Shown here piece by piece: positions 31,279-41,855 of a stretch of DNA of 64,000 nucleotides (positions are counted from its first letter, which is position 1; each line of letters begins with the position of its first letter). The notes beneath the pieces are model-generated. The model did no database searches and had not been told where the DNA came from. It saw only the letters and a list, made by a program, of their open reading frames with translations. Source of the stretch: Promethearchaeota archaeon (lineage in GTDB: Archaea > Asgardarchaeota > Lokiarchaeia > Sigyniarchaeales > SOKP01); the NCBI GenBank assembly GCA_016839705.1, contig JAEOTR010000035.1, forward strand, positions 32,001 to 96,000, in the 5' to 3' direction. Position numbers and translations under genes: made by a program.

Positions 31279-32067
31279 TTATATCCCCTCCAAAATTCTT
31301 CTACCAGTAATTTTCATAAACACTTCCTCCAAATTTTTGGAATCATGCTTTTCCATCAACTCTTGAGGAGATCCTAAAGCTATTAACTCTCCATAATCAA
31401 TGATTGCGACGTTATCACTGAGGGCTTCTGCTTCCTCGATGTAATGGGTGGTGAGAATAACAGTCTTACCTTCTTCTTTCAGGGAACCGATGAAACTCCA
31501 GGTTGCTCTGCGTGCTCGAGGATCCATGCCCACGGTAGGTTCATCTAAGAATGCTATTTTTGGATTATTGATTATTGCGATTAACAGATTAATTTGACGA
31601 AGCATGCCACCACTATATCCTTTTGCCTTTCTTTTACTGGCTTCTGTAAAATTTACAGCTTCTAAAAGACTTTCAGTACGCTCTTTTAATTCCTTTTTAT
31701 TCATAGTATGAAGATTTCCGAATAATTCTATATTCTCTCGACCAGTAAGAAACTTAAATATCGCAGCTTGTTGAGGACACACACCGATTAGTTCTTTTAT
31801 TTTTCTAAGATTCTTTTTTACATCATAACCTCCAACAGTAGCAGTTCCACTAGTTGGATTTAATAATCCACTTAAGATTTTTATAGTCGTTGTTTTTCCT
31901 GCTCCATTTGGTCCCAAAAGACCAAAAATCTCTCCCTTCTTTACTTCAAAACTTAGGTCGTTAACAGCGGTAATATCATCAAACTTTTTTACGAGATTTT
32001 TAACGATAATAGCATTTCCATCATCTGGATCCAAAATATCTTCTGAATTTCTTACATTTGTTACCAT
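31279..32067 (-). CDS. ABC exporter ATP-binding protein
   Basis: GPNGAGKTT, YSGGM, FLDEPT, TTHY. Confidence 0.95.
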   Translation of the reverse strand: MVTNVRNSEDILDPDDGNAIIVKNLVKKFDDITAVNDLSFEVKKGEIFGLLGPNGAGKTTTIKILSGLLNPTSGTATVGGYDVKKNLRKIKELIGVCPQQAAIFKFLTGRENIELFGNLHTMNKKELKERTESLLEAVNFTEASKRKAKGYSGGMLRQINLLIAIINNPKIAFLDEPTVGMDPRARRATWSFIGSLKEEGKTVILTTHYIEEAEALSDNVAIIDYGELIALGSPQELMEKHDSKNLEEVFMKITGRRILEGI

Positions 32068-32172
32068 TTCTTTATCAATGTTTTTATTTTTTTAATTATT
32101 GAGAATTATCTCAGTATAAATTGGGTAAATTTTTTAACATCATTAAATTTTTCCAGTAAAATAGATCAATAA

Positions 32173-32970
32173 CTAAGTTTCGATTATAGCTACCGGTCTT
32201 ACCCAAGCTGCGCTGGCTTTTAAGATTTTAATAGGAAAGCAACTCACCTTAAATCCATGAGAGGGAAGTTTATCTAAGTTTGTTAATTTTTCCATCTGAT
32301 AATATTCTCTTTCAATCCCGGCATAATGTCCTTCCCAGATCAAATTTCTATTTCCCGTTTCGCGAAATTCTTTAGCTTGAAAGTGAAACGGTCGATCCCA
32401 GCCCGCCGCATCCGTTCCTACAACTTTTATGGCTTGATCCACCAACCAAATCGTTCCTTCTCTTCCGACACCGGTATAGTCTGTCCAGTATTTCATTGTA
32501 TCCCAAAATTTATCCGCATCTGTCCTGATCAAGACTATATCTAAGGGTTTTAGCGTATAATTGATTTTTTGAAGAGCATTTTGAATATCTTCTACACTGA
32601 TTAAATCTCCCACTTCCTTGTGAGTCATATCCAAAACAACTCCATCACTAAAACAATATTCGATAGGGATTTCATCAATTGTTTTTGATTTTTTTCCTTC
32701 ACTGGTTGGATGATAGTGCCATGGAGCATCCATATGGGTACCCATATGCACACCTAATGATAAAAAATCATCAGCCCATGCTAGACCCTCTGGAAGATCT
32801 TCAGCTGTAATACCTGGAAATGAACTAAGCATTACGGGTATACTCTCTTTATGATCTGCATGTTTAACTTTAGCAGATAAGCCTTTTTCAAGATATTTAA
32901 ATTCTGAGGGTATATTTCCCAAACCTTCCTTTATTTCCAAACTCAAATCGATAAATTTAGTAGTTTTCAT
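32173..32970 (-). CDS. Cyclase family (kynurenine formamidase-like) metal hydrolase
   Basis: HMGTHMDAPWH, VGTD, QMEKLTNL. Confidence 0.9.
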   Translation of the reverse strand: MKTTKFIDLSLEIKEGLGNIPSEFKYLEKGLSAKVKHADHKESIPVMLSSFPGITAEDLPEGLAWADDFLSLGVHMGTHMDAPWHYHPTSEGKKSKTIDEIPIEYCFSDGVVLDMTHKEVGDLISVEDIQNALQKINYTLKPLDIVLIRTDADKFWDTMKYWTDYTGVGREGTIWLVDQAIKVVGTDAAGWDRPFHFQAKEFRETGNRNLIWEGHYAGIEREYYQMEKLTNLDKLPSHGFKVSCFPIKILKASAAWVRPVAIIET

Positions 32971-33058
32971 AATTTCTTTTTCTCTAATTAAATAAAACAG
33001 ATACTTTCAAACTAATTATGATAAAGTCAAAAAATCATAAATATCTTGTTTTTATACT

Positions 33059-33517
33059 TTATTTAACTATTAAAACATCACAAGGGGCATTTTTCGAAAC
33101 TTTAGAAGAAACTGTTCCTAATAGGACATTTTTTACCTTAGAGTGTTGTCCTCTACTTCCTAAAATGACAAGATCGAAATTTTCCCTTTCCACCACTCGT
33201 CTAATATAATCTCCAGGTGGTTCATTTTCAATTAAGCGAGTCTCAACTGAGGATTTATTTTCCCCAAACATTTTTTTTGTTTTATTCAGTAATCTTTCTC
33301 CCGCTTCTCGATATACTTCTTCAATGCTGCTATATTTTGAATAAAGGGTTTCTATATTAGGATAAAGTTCTGAGGGAACCCTATTATCTTTAATTGAGTG
33401 AATTATCACAACTTCACTATCCCATATTTTTTGAAATTCTACGGCTTTTTCAGCAGCATTATGTGCATGATCAGAGCCATCTGTTGCGAGCAAAATTTTT
33501 TTATACAATTTTATCAC
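33059..33517 (-). CDS. Universal stress protein
   Basis: KKILLATDGS, DLVILGSRG, LLGTVSSKV, PCDVLIVK. Confidence 0.93.
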   Translation of the reverse strand: MIKLYKKILLATDGSDHAHNAAEKAVEFQKIWDSEVVIIHSIKDNRVPSELYPNIETLYSKYSSIEEVYREAGERLLNKTKKMFGENKSSVETRLIENEPPGDYIRRVVERENFDLVILGSRGQHSKVKNVLLGTVSSKVSKNAPCDVLIVK

Positions 33518-33955
33518 CTTAATTATTTTAAGATAACCTTGATTTTTATTTTTAATTTTCCTAGTGAAAATATCTTATTTAATGGAAAAACCCATATAAT
33601 TAACACTAGTTTTCACGTATTTTCATTTTCATAAATGTTAAATATTGATTCTTTTATTATACAAGAGTCTTAAGATTATAATATTAATCAAAAAAGTTGT
33701 GTAAATATGGAACGTATTGTTTTTCTCATTACTTGCAATCAAAAGCAATAAAGGATGTGCTTGGTAAAATCGCAGTTACAATAAAAGGAAACAAAGAGTT
33801 GAATATAAAAGAATTTTGGGAACAACTTTTAGAAATTGAATAAATTTTTTATACAGATTAAATAAACTTTTTCTAAGCCAAGTTATTTTTATAGTTGAAA
33901 TAGTAGATTAATAAAATTTTATGAAAACAATATTTATTATATTTCATTTAAAGAT

Positions 33956-34372
33956 ATGGCAGAAATGAATGAAGAAAAGGAAAAATTAAGAGGTTTTCCC
34001 GTTTTAATTAACAGTGTCCTTAGCCCTCTAAATGAAAATTTCAAATTTCAAGAAAAATTCAAAAATATTAAAACTAAGATTCTCTTGAATGCATCCAATT
34101 TAAAGTATGCTGCGTTGATTTTAATTGATCACGGATCTCTGAACATAAAAAGCATTCCTAATAAACCAAAAGCAAATCTAAAGAAGAAAAAGGTTGGATG
34201 GAATGCTTTTTTAGAGATGGAAACCCAAACTTTCCTCACTCTTGCCATAAATCGAACATCTATAATTAGAGTTGCAAAGATGTGGGTTACTCGGAAAATA
34301 AAGATACGAGGTATTAGAACCTTACTCCTTCTGCTAAAAATGTTTAGAATTTTAACAGATCACGGTGAATGA
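33956..34372 (+). CDS. Hypothetical protein, SCP2 sterol-carrier-like
   Basis: C-terminal KMWVTRKIKIRG resembles the SCP2 motif. Confidence 0.55.
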   Translation: MAEMNEEKEKLRGFPVLINSVLSPLNENFKFQEKFKNIKTKILLNASNLKYAALILIDHGSLNIKSIPNKPKANLKKKKVGWNAFLEMETQTFLTLAINRTSIIRVAKMWVTRKIKIRGIRTLLLLLKMFRILTDHGE

Positions 34373-34435
34373 GACTCATTTTTATCAATAAAAAATAATA
34401 AATAAATTGAAATTCAATCTTAAAATAGAAATTTT

Positions 34436-35419
34436 ATGGGAAAGAGAAGTAAACCGAACACCTTTCAAGGAAATTTAAAAAAAAAATTCTATTTCGAAGG
34501 GTGGTATAATAAAATCGTGGATAAGACAGCAGATCATATATATGCGATTATACCAACCATAGCATTGAATAGAAAGGAACTTACCTCACATTGTGCTATT
34601 CAATTTTTTGATGCGGTTAATGCAACATCGGAATATTTTAAATTTCCAATAAGTGAGTTTAAAAATTTGTCAAACAAAAAATATGAGATTTCTATTGGTA
34701 AAAATTATTTCTCACTAGAACGAATTCATCTTGATATTGATATGCAAGGATATAAAATTACAGGAGATCTCATATATATAGATCCCTTTCTTTGGCCCAA
34801 AAAATTTTTACAACCAGGAGCGATGGGATGGCTTTCATATATACCATTTTTAGAGACATATCATGCTGTTGTGAGTATGAATCATATGATACGAGGTAAA
34901 ATTTCGATTAATGGAGAAAATGTGAATTTCGAAAATGGAAAAGGATATATCGAAAAAGACTGGGGTAAATCTTTTCCTGGAGCGTGGATTTGGGCACAAT
35001 CAAATCATTTTTCAAATCAAAATCTTTCATTTATGTTTTCAATTGCTAAAGTGCCTTTCCTAGGCATGAAATTCAATGGTTTTTTAAGCGCTATATGGTA
35101 TGAAGGTAGATTCATTAAATTTGCTACCTATACAGGCGCGAAGGTAAAATCTTTAGAGATCAATCCAGGTAATATTCAAATTGTAGTAGAAGATAAGAGA
35201 TATCAGCTATATTTTGAACTTGCTAAAGGAAGAATTAAATCTACTTCTCTACTTGCCCCACAAGAAGGTATAATGTCTGGACGTATAGCTGAAAGCATTA
35301 CTTCGAAAATTAGATTGAAACTCTTTGATAAGAAGAAGAATGACATCATTATTGATGATTTAGGCGTAAATGCAGGATTTGAAGCTAAAGATCCTGCGGT
35401 TCTCAAGCCCAAAAAGTAA
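34436..35419 (+). CDS. Tocopherol cyclase family protein
   Basis: YFEGWY, GAMG, GKGYIEKDWGKSFPGAWIWAQSN. Confidence 0.88.
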   Translation: MGKRSKPNTFQGNLKKKFYFEGWYNKIVDKTADHIYAIIPTIALNRKELTSHCAIQFFDAVNATSEYFKFPISEFKNLSNKKYEISIGKNYFSLERIHLDIDMQGYKITGDLIYIDPFLWPKKFLQPGAMGWLSYIPFLETYHAVVSMNHMIRGKISINGENVNFENGKGYIEKDWGKSFPGAWIWAQSNHFSNQNLSFMFSIAKVPFLGMKFNGFLSAIWYEGRFIKFATYTGAKVKSLEINPGNIQIVVEDKRYQLYFELAKGRIKSTSLLAPQEGIMSGRIAESITSKIRLKLFDKKKNDIIIDDLGVNAGFEAKDPAVLKPKK

Positions 35420-35575
35420 TAGAAAATTAATTACTTCTTTTCTTCTAATAGCTTTTTTAGAAGCAATCTCTTTTTTTTAATTTTGAAATTTTTCTTAAGC
35501 TTTTTTTAGAAATAATCGTTCTTTTAGATTAGCGACTCTTGCATCTATAAAACAAACATAAAGAGTAAAGGAATC

Positions 35576-36343
35576 TTGAAAGACTATTTCTCTTCAGAAG
35601 GTATACAAATCTATTATGAAACATTTGGTATAGGGAAACCCATTATTCTGATACACGGTTGGGGTTCTGATTTGAAACAGAGTTGGGTAGAATCAGGCTG
35701 GGTGAAGATTATTCAGTCGATAAGAATGGTGATAGCCATGGATTGTCGAGGTCATGGCCAAAGTGAAAAACCACATGATCAAAAGGTTTATAGCTATAGT
35801 AGTATGTCTCAGGATGTGCTAAATCTGCTGGATCATCTCAACCTAGCAAAAGCGGATATTTTTGGCTATTCCATGGGAGCCTTTATGGCGGTTTATCTGC
35901 TTGGTCATCATAGAGAGAGATTCACTTCAATGATTTTAGGTGGCATAGGTGATGAAACTGAAGAAAGTAAGGATGCTCGCTTTATCGCTGATGCATTAAG
36001 GGCAAAAGAAAACTCGCAAATCACTAACCTTATAGGTCGAGCTTATCGGGAATATGTCGATTCAAATTCAAATAACGACCGTGAGGCTCTTGCTTTATCA
36101 GCCCTACAAATGTGGCCAGAAGGATATCCTGTTCAACTTGGAGGTGTTGACTTAGCTAATGTCGACATCCCGGTCATTATAATAAATGGTGAATATGATT
36201 ATCCTTATGTAAAAAGTGATAAAAAACTTAAAGATGCAATAGCAGGTTCTCAATTGGTTAGAATAGCTAATAAAAATCACCTGAATGTCGTTGTAGATCA
36301 ACTATTTAAAGAGGAGGTTTTAGAATTCCTCAAACGACAATAA
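35576..36343 (+). CDS. Alpha/beta hydrolase
   Basis: LIHGWG, DCRGHGQS, GYSMG. Confidence 0.9.
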   Translation: MKDYFSSEGIQIYYETFGIGKPIILIHGWGSDLKQSWVESGWVKIIQSIRMVIAMDCRGHGQSEKPHDQKVYSYSSMSQDVLNLLDHLNLAKADIFGYSMGAFMAVYLLGHHRERFTSMILGGIGDETEESKDARFIADALRAKENSQITNLIGRAYREYVDSNSNNDREALALSALQMWPEGYPVQLGGVDLANVDIPVIIINGEYDYPYVKSDKKLKDAIAGSQLVRIANKNHLNVVVDQLFKEEVLEFLKRQ

Positions 36344-36394
36344 AAAAGTAAATTTTTGAACAGTTTCAAATATATATATATAATATTTAACTAT

Positions 36395-37075
36395 CTATTT
36401 TTTCGCCATTGCTTCTTTTGAATATAACCTTTGTTTCAAAGTGACTGTTCCCGTATCAATGTTATGCTCTACTAAGTCCACATTTGCTAATTCTTGTACT
36501 GCCCTTAAAATAAAAGCGCCTCCAATTCCTGTAGTATTTTTCAATTCCTCTCGGGTCATAACCTTCCTTTCACCGTGGAGTACTTTCAAAACCTGGTAAT
36601 GGGGTTGACCCTGCCAAATTTTTTCTACAAGAACTCTAAAAATAGATAATAGTGCTGTTATCCTTTCGAAATTTAATTCTTGCGATTCTGCTTCCTCGGC
36701 TAATTTTGCGAATTTTGCTAATTCTACTTTTACTTTCTGATACTCATCTAATAATTTCATCTGTTCTTCAGTTAAGGAACCGATTTTTTGATCTCTTTCT
36801 TGCTTTTCTAATTCAAGTTTTTTTGTTGCATCCTCTAAGTTTTTCTTATCGATTTCTAGTTGCTTTGTCTCTCCTTCTAATTTATTCTTATCTTGTTCTA
36901 ATTGAATCTTCTCTTTTTCAAGTATCTCTTTCTCTTTACTCAACTCTAATTTATCACTTTCTAAGTTTAATAATGCTGTTCTTGAAGTCTCTAATACCTC
37001 AATAAATTCCTTAAAACTGGATTCTGCAGCTTGAATCGTCTCATCTATCACATTTAGGGTTTTATCTTCATCCGT
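36395..37075 (-). CDS. Coiled-coil protein with C-terminal winged helix
   Basis: LExxKxx heptads; MTREELKNTTGIGGAFILRAVQELANVDLV. Confidence 0.75.
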   Translation of the reverse strand, partial: TDEDKTLNVIDETIQAAESSFKEFIEVLETSRTALLNLESDKLELSKEKEILEKEKIQLEQDKNKLEGETKQLEIDKKNLEDATKKLELEKQERDQKIGSLTEEQMKLLDEYQKVKVELAKFAKLAEEAESQELNFERITALLSIFRVLVEKIWQGQPHYQVLKVLHGERKVMTREELKNTTGIGGAFILRAVQELANVDLVEHNIDTGTVTLKQRLYSKEAMAKK

Positions 37076-37146
37076 CATTTGAATCACAATTTATTTTATT
37101 CAATTAATTTTATTATATTTATTCTATTAAAAAAATTACTTAAATC

Positions 37147-38388
37147 ATGAGTGAACAAAATAAGTCCCATCTCAAAACAAAGCTTATTTTAGGAGTATCA
37201 ATCCCGGTCTTTATTATGGGTCTTGTATCCTTTTTTACTGATGTCTCTAGCGAGATGATCCAGAGTATCCTACCTTTGTTTATTATAGACTTAGTAGAAG
37301 AGAATCCCACTCTTGTTTTAGGTTTAATCGCAGGAATAACAACTGCACTTGCAAACGTCTTAAAAGGCGTTTCGGGATGGGCAAGTGATAAGATAAATAA
37401 AAGAAAACCGTTTGTGGTTGCTGGATATACAATCTCAAATCTTTCAAAACCATTCATAGCTTTTAGTCCCTCTTGGGAGGTTGTTTTAGGTTTAAAGGCC
37501 GTGGATCGGTTTGGCAAGGGGCTTAGGACATCTTCTCGAGATACTCTAATTTCTTATTATGCTGTTGAAAAAGGAAAAGCTTTTGGTATGCATCGTGCCA
37601 TGGATACGTTAGGTGCAGTTGTGGGGGCATTATTAGCATTTCTCTTTTTATTTTGGGCATGGAGTTATTCTCAAATTATATTTTTCTCTGTATTCCCGGG
37701 AATTTGCGCAGTAATTTTGATTTTTACTATCAAAGATGTTGATCCCGCGAAATTAGACGATTCGAAACTAAAATATTACGGAGAACCTAAAGTAGATAAA
37801 ATAAGTAAAAACTTTATTAAACTCATTATAATTCTCGGTGTAATTGAATTTGCCAGCTTAAATATTGCCTTCCTTCAAGCTAGGTCATTAGATTTTATTT
37901 CTCCTGGCTTGATTTTTCTCATACCAATTTTTTACTTACTCACTAATATAGTATATATGTTTCTTTCACCTTTTTTAGGTTCCTTGTCTGATAGATTCGG
38001 ACGTAAACCAATAATTATTAGTGGATTATCAATACTATTAATTTCTTGCATAATTTTGGCATTTCCAGTTGTCCCTTCATCTTTTTCACTTATAATTATT
38101 ATATTCATATATTTACTATATGGGTTTTATTTAGCTTCTGTAGATCCTATTTCTAGGGCTTATATAGCAGATTTAGCTGGTAAAAATAAGAGAGGTAGAG
38201 CATATGGATATTATTACCTTTCTGTTGGACTAATATCGTTGGGAGAATCTTTACTGTTTGGCTTTATCTATGATGCTTTGTCATTCACATGGGCATTTTT
38301 ATATACTGCCACTCTCTTGTTCATATTCATTATTGTGTTTGCGAAAACAGATTTTGCTAAAATTATTAAAAAAGAAGATAATGATTAG
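37147..38388 (+). CDS. MFS transporter
   Basis: FTDVSSEMI, DRFGKGLR, GMHRAMDTLGA, LSDRFGRK. Confidence 0.92.
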   Translation: MSEQNKSHLKTKLILGVSIPVFIMGLVSFFTDVSSEMIQSILPLFIIDLVEENPTLVLGLIAGITTALANVLKGVSGWASDKINKRKPFVVAGYTISNLSKPFIAFSPSWEVVLGLKAVDRFGKGLRTSSRDTLISYYAVEKGKAFGMHRAMDTLGAVVGALLAFLFLFWAWSYSQIIFFSVFPGICAVILIFTIKDVDPAKLDDSKLKYYGEPKVDKISKNFIKLIIILGVIEFASLNIAFLQARSLDFISPGLIFLIPIFYLLTNIVYMFLSPFLGSLSDRFGRKPIIISGLSILLISCIILAFPVVPSSFSLIIIIFIYLLYGFYLASVDPISRAYIADLAGKNKRGRAYGYYYLSVGLISLGESLLFGFIYDALSFTWAFLYTATLLFIFIIVFAKTDFAKIIKKEDND

Positions 38389-38394
38389 AGAATG

Positions 38395-39666
38395 TTACTT
38401 TTCTTTAGTCCAAAGTTCTGCTAAATATATTAAAACTTCTGCTGCTTTTTGTAAGGCTAGTGTTGGAATGTGTTCCTTTCTTGAATGGAATAATAAACCC
38501 CCAGAAAACAGATTTGGAGTAAGGATCCCTTTTGCACTTAATCGAGCTCCATCAGTACCCCCTCTAATAGGATGTATTTTAGGTTCTAAATCCGCATTTT
38601 CTATCGCTTTTTTCGCCAAATCAATAATTATCGGTTTTTTCTTAATGAATTTAAGCATATTTTGATATTGATGAGTGAACTTAATATCAATTATTAATCC
38701 AGGATAGCGAATCTCATAAGTATTTTTTAAATGTTTTATATAGTCTATCCGTCTTTGGTTTTTTTCTGGATCAAAATCCCTAATTAGCATTCTTGCTGTA
38801 GTTTCCTCAGCTTTTCCCTTCATTTTAGTTAAGTGGAAAAAACCCTCCCTTTGTTGTGTGTGTTCTGGAGACTCAGATTCAGGAAAGTCGCTAAAAAACA
38901 TGCTAGCTATTTTTATTGAATTTATCATTTTATTTTTAGCATATCCAGAATGTACATTTAAACCATGAAAAATAAATTCAGCTCGCCATGCGTCAAAACA
39001 TTCATACTCCAATTCACCAATTTCACCACCATCTACCGTGTAACATATCTCCGGTAACTTTTTTATCTCAACTTTATCGATACCTAAGCCAGTTTCTTCA
39101 TCTGGAGTAAAACAGATAACTATTGGGCCATGTTTTAATTCTGGAAATTTAGTCCATGCAACGCAAGCAGACATAATTTCAGCAATACCTGCTTTATCAT
39201 CCGCTCCTAATAGAGTATCTCCTTCAGATGTGATAATGTCAAGACCTATATATTCTTTTAAGTGAGGAGAGTCATCAAAATTTAAGATTAAATCCTTGTC
39301 TTGAATAAATTTTATCTCTTTTCCATCATAGTTCTTATGGATAACAGGTTTTACATCTTTACCGGTCACAGCAGGAGAAGTATCCACATGAGCTAATAAA
39401 CCTATAGATGGTACTTGTTCAAAACCTTTACTGGGTGGGAGAAAGGCATACACAAAGCCAAGCTCATCGTGAGCAATATCTTCAAGATCTAATTCTTTTA
39501 ATTCCTCGGTCAACAATTTTCCTAAATCTAGTTGGTTCTTTGTAGATGGGACGGATTCCTTTGTTTCATCAGAAGTAGTCCAAATTTTTACATACCGTAA
39601 AAAACGCTCTAATGCATTATTATGAAGAAATTCTTGTATTTCTTTAGTAAGTTCCATATCAATCAA
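38395..39666 (-). CDS. pepT: Peptidase T (M20B tripeptidase)
   Basis: AHVDTS, LLGADDKAG, FTPDEE, PIRGGTDGARLS. Confidence 0.93.
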   Translation of the reverse strand: MIDMELTKEIQEFLHNNALERFLRYVKIWTTSDETKESVPSTKNQLDLGKLLTEELKELDLEDIAHDELGFVYAFLPPSKGFEQVPSIGLLAHVDTSPAVTGKDVKPVIHKNYDGKEIKFIQDKDLILNFDDSPHLKEYIGLDIITSEGDTLLGADDKAGIAEIMSACVAWTKFPELKHGPIVICFTPDEETGLGIDKVEIKKLPEICYTVDGGEIGELEYECFDAWRAEFIFHGLNVHSGYAKNKMINSIKIASMFFSDFPESESPEHTQQREGFFHLTKMKGKAEETTARMLIRDFDPEKNQRRIDYIKHLKNTYEIRYPGLIIDIKFTHQYQNMLKFIKKKPIIIDLAKKAIENADLEPKIHPIRGGTDGARLSAKGILTPNLFSGGLLFHSRKEHIPTLALQKAAEVLIYLAELWTKEK

Positions 39667-39702
39667 AATACACCTTAAATTTTAAATTTGAACATATAAA
39701 AC

Positions 39703-40506
39703 TTATTTCCCTTTAAACTGTGGTTTTCGTTTCTGAATAAATGATCTACTACCTTCTCTGGAATCATATGTCTTCATATTTTCACTAAACAAATTGAATT
39801 CATTTTGTAAAGAAGTGGGAAGATCATTAATTAACGAATAATTAAACATAGTTTTATTGTACCCAAGACATTTGGTGGGCATTTCAGCAATTTTTTGTAT
39901 AAATTCTTTAGATAGTTCCTTGAACTGTTTAGCCGGATAGACTTTATTTACCAAACCTATACCTAATGCTTCTTCAGCATTTAGATGTTTTCCAGTTAGA
40001 ACAATTTCTGTTGCTTTCGCAAAACCTATCAATCTAGGAAGAAACCAACTTGCTCCATGCAACATACAAATCGCTCTTGTTGTTCGATGGTCTCCTATTT
40101 CAAGATTGTCTGCTGCTAATCGGAAATCACAAGCAAGTGCTAGCTCATATCCTGCTCCTAAGCAATATCCATGTAACAGGGCGATGACGGGTATTTGAAT
40201 CTCTCTTATTAGATATATAAGCTTATGGTGTGGTAGTTTAAATTGAGGATCGAGCGAAGAATATTCATTATCCAAAGGTCCCATACTTTCTAAATCATCA
40301 CCAGAACAAAAACTTTTTCCAGCTCCATTGAAAACAATAACCCTTAAAGACTCTTCTTTTATTATAAATTTAAAAACATCTAGAATCTCCATAATAGTAG
40401 GAAATTGTAGTGCATTTAACTTATTTGGCCGATTGAGAGTTATTGTACACACTCCTAACTCCATTCTAACAATAATATCTTCATATTCTTTTTCTGAAAT
40501 CATCAA
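39703..40506 (-). CDS. Enoyl-CoA hydratase/isomerase family
   Basis: LNRPNKLNAL, FCSGDDL, GAGYELALACDFR. Confidence 0.92.
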   Translation of the reverse strand: MMISEKEYEDIIVRMELGVCTITLNRPNKLNALQFPTIMEILDVFKFIIKEESLRVIVFNGAGKSFCSGDDLESMGPLDNEYSSLDPQFKLPHHKLIYLIREIQIPVIALLHGYCLGAGYELALACDFRLAADNLEIGDHRTTRAICMLHGASWFLPRLIGFAKATEIVLTGKHLNAEEALGIGLVNKVYPAKQFKELSKEFIQKIAEMPTKCLGYNKTMFNYSLINDLPTSLQNEFNLFSENMKTYDSREGSRSFIQKRKPQFKGK

Positions 40507-40632
40507 TCTTTCCTTATTATTTAGAATTAAAATTACTGTAAAGTATGAAACTTAAGTTAATAATTATGTGAAAAGATATTTAAAGAAAATTAATCAAATA
40601 TTATTGAATAAATCATTTAAGCTATTTTAGTT

Positions 40633-41790
40633 ATGACTGAAGAGACTTATTCCACACCAAAATATGAACGACGTTACGATATCGATTGGTTAAGAATAAT
40701 TGCCGTATTTTTAGTTTTTATATTTCATAATGCACGATTTTTTGATTTCGGAGATTGGCATGTGAAAAATAATGAGTTAGATTTAGGGATGACTATTTTT
40801 GTTAACTTCTTAGGCGGAGTTGGAATGCCTCTTTTCTTTATAATTTCAGGTATGGCAACTTTCTTTTTTTTAGGTTTTGCTAAACCAGGCCTATATATTA
40901 AAGCCAGATTTGTACGCTTAATGATCCCATTTCTAATCGCCTTGTTTCTCCATATCCCTATACAGGTTTATCTTGATCGTGTAAGCCATGGTCTCTTCAC
41001 GGGTTCTTTCTTTGAGTTCTATCCTCAATATTTTAATGGATTTTATGGATATGGTGGGAATTTTCCATGGTCAGGTTTTCACTTATGGTTTCTGATTTTA
41101 CTATTTGTTTTCTCACTCATTACAGTAATACCTTTTGCGCATCTGAGAAAAGAGCAGAACCTTCAAAAAATTTCGAAAATTGCTAATTTTTTTACGAAAT
41201 CGGGAAGTCTATATTTATTAATTATACCTATTTTAATCATAGAGATTTTAGGTCCTCTTTCGATCCTTGGGCAATTTGGAGGATATAATCTTTTTTCGCA
41301 ATTGGTATTTTACATTATTGGTTTCTTCTTAGCTTCTAATAGTAAGTTTAAAGAATCTATTGAAAAACATTACCGTCTTGCATTAATTATAGGGATTACT
41401 ACAACAGTGTTACTTCTGATTGAGAGATTATTCCTCTTAATTGACCTCCTTTTTTGGGTTCTTGGGTTGGTGTATGTGTGGAGTTGGTTAATCGTAATAC
41501 TAGGTCTAGGGAGTAAACATCTCAATTTTAACCATAAATCGAGAAAATTTTTAAACGATATAGTTATACCTTTTTATATCCTTCACCAAACAATCATCGT
41601 GATTATTGGATTCTTTATTGTCCAATTAGGTTTAATCATTTTCATAAAATACCTTATTATTAGTTCTCTATCGTTTGTAATAATCGTTGGCTTAGTTTTA
41701 ATTATAAGAAAAGCGAATTTTTTGCGATTCATGTTTGGTATGAGTTTAAAAAAGAAAAAAGAGTTACAAGAGAAACCCATTGAACAATAA
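40633..41790 (+). CDS. Acyltransferase-3 (OpgC-like) membrane protein
   Basis: RRYDIDWLR, MPLFFIISG, HLWFL, PFYILHQ. Confidence 0.9.
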   Translation: MTEETYSTPKYERRYDIDWLRIIAVFLVFIFHNARFFDFGDWHVKNNELDLGMTIFVNFLGGVGMPLFFIISGMATFFFLGFAKPGLYIKARFVRLMIPFLIALFLHIPIQVYLDRVSHGLFTGSFFEFYPQYFNGFYGYGGNFPWSGFHLWFLILLFVFSLITVIPFAHLRKEQNLQKISKIANFFTKSGSLYLLIIPILIIEILGPLSILGQFGGYNLFSQLVFYIIGFFLASNSKFKESIEKHYRLALIIGITTTVLLLIERLFLLIDLLFWVLGLVYVWSWLIVILGLGSKHLNFNHKSRKFLNDIVIPFYILHQTIIVIIGFFIVQLGLIIFIKYLIISSLSFVIIVGLVLIIRKANFLRFMFGMSLKKKKELQEKPIEQ

Positions 41791-41855
41791 ACAAATTAAT
41801 ATATACACTCCTTTTTCTCTGTAGTATAATATAAAAAGAAAAAAAATTGTATTAA

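Noticed and set aside
33707-33843. Coding-like fragment (KAIKDVLGKIAVTIKGNKELNIKEFWEQLLEIE)
   Set aside because: Short remnant with no start or identifiable family
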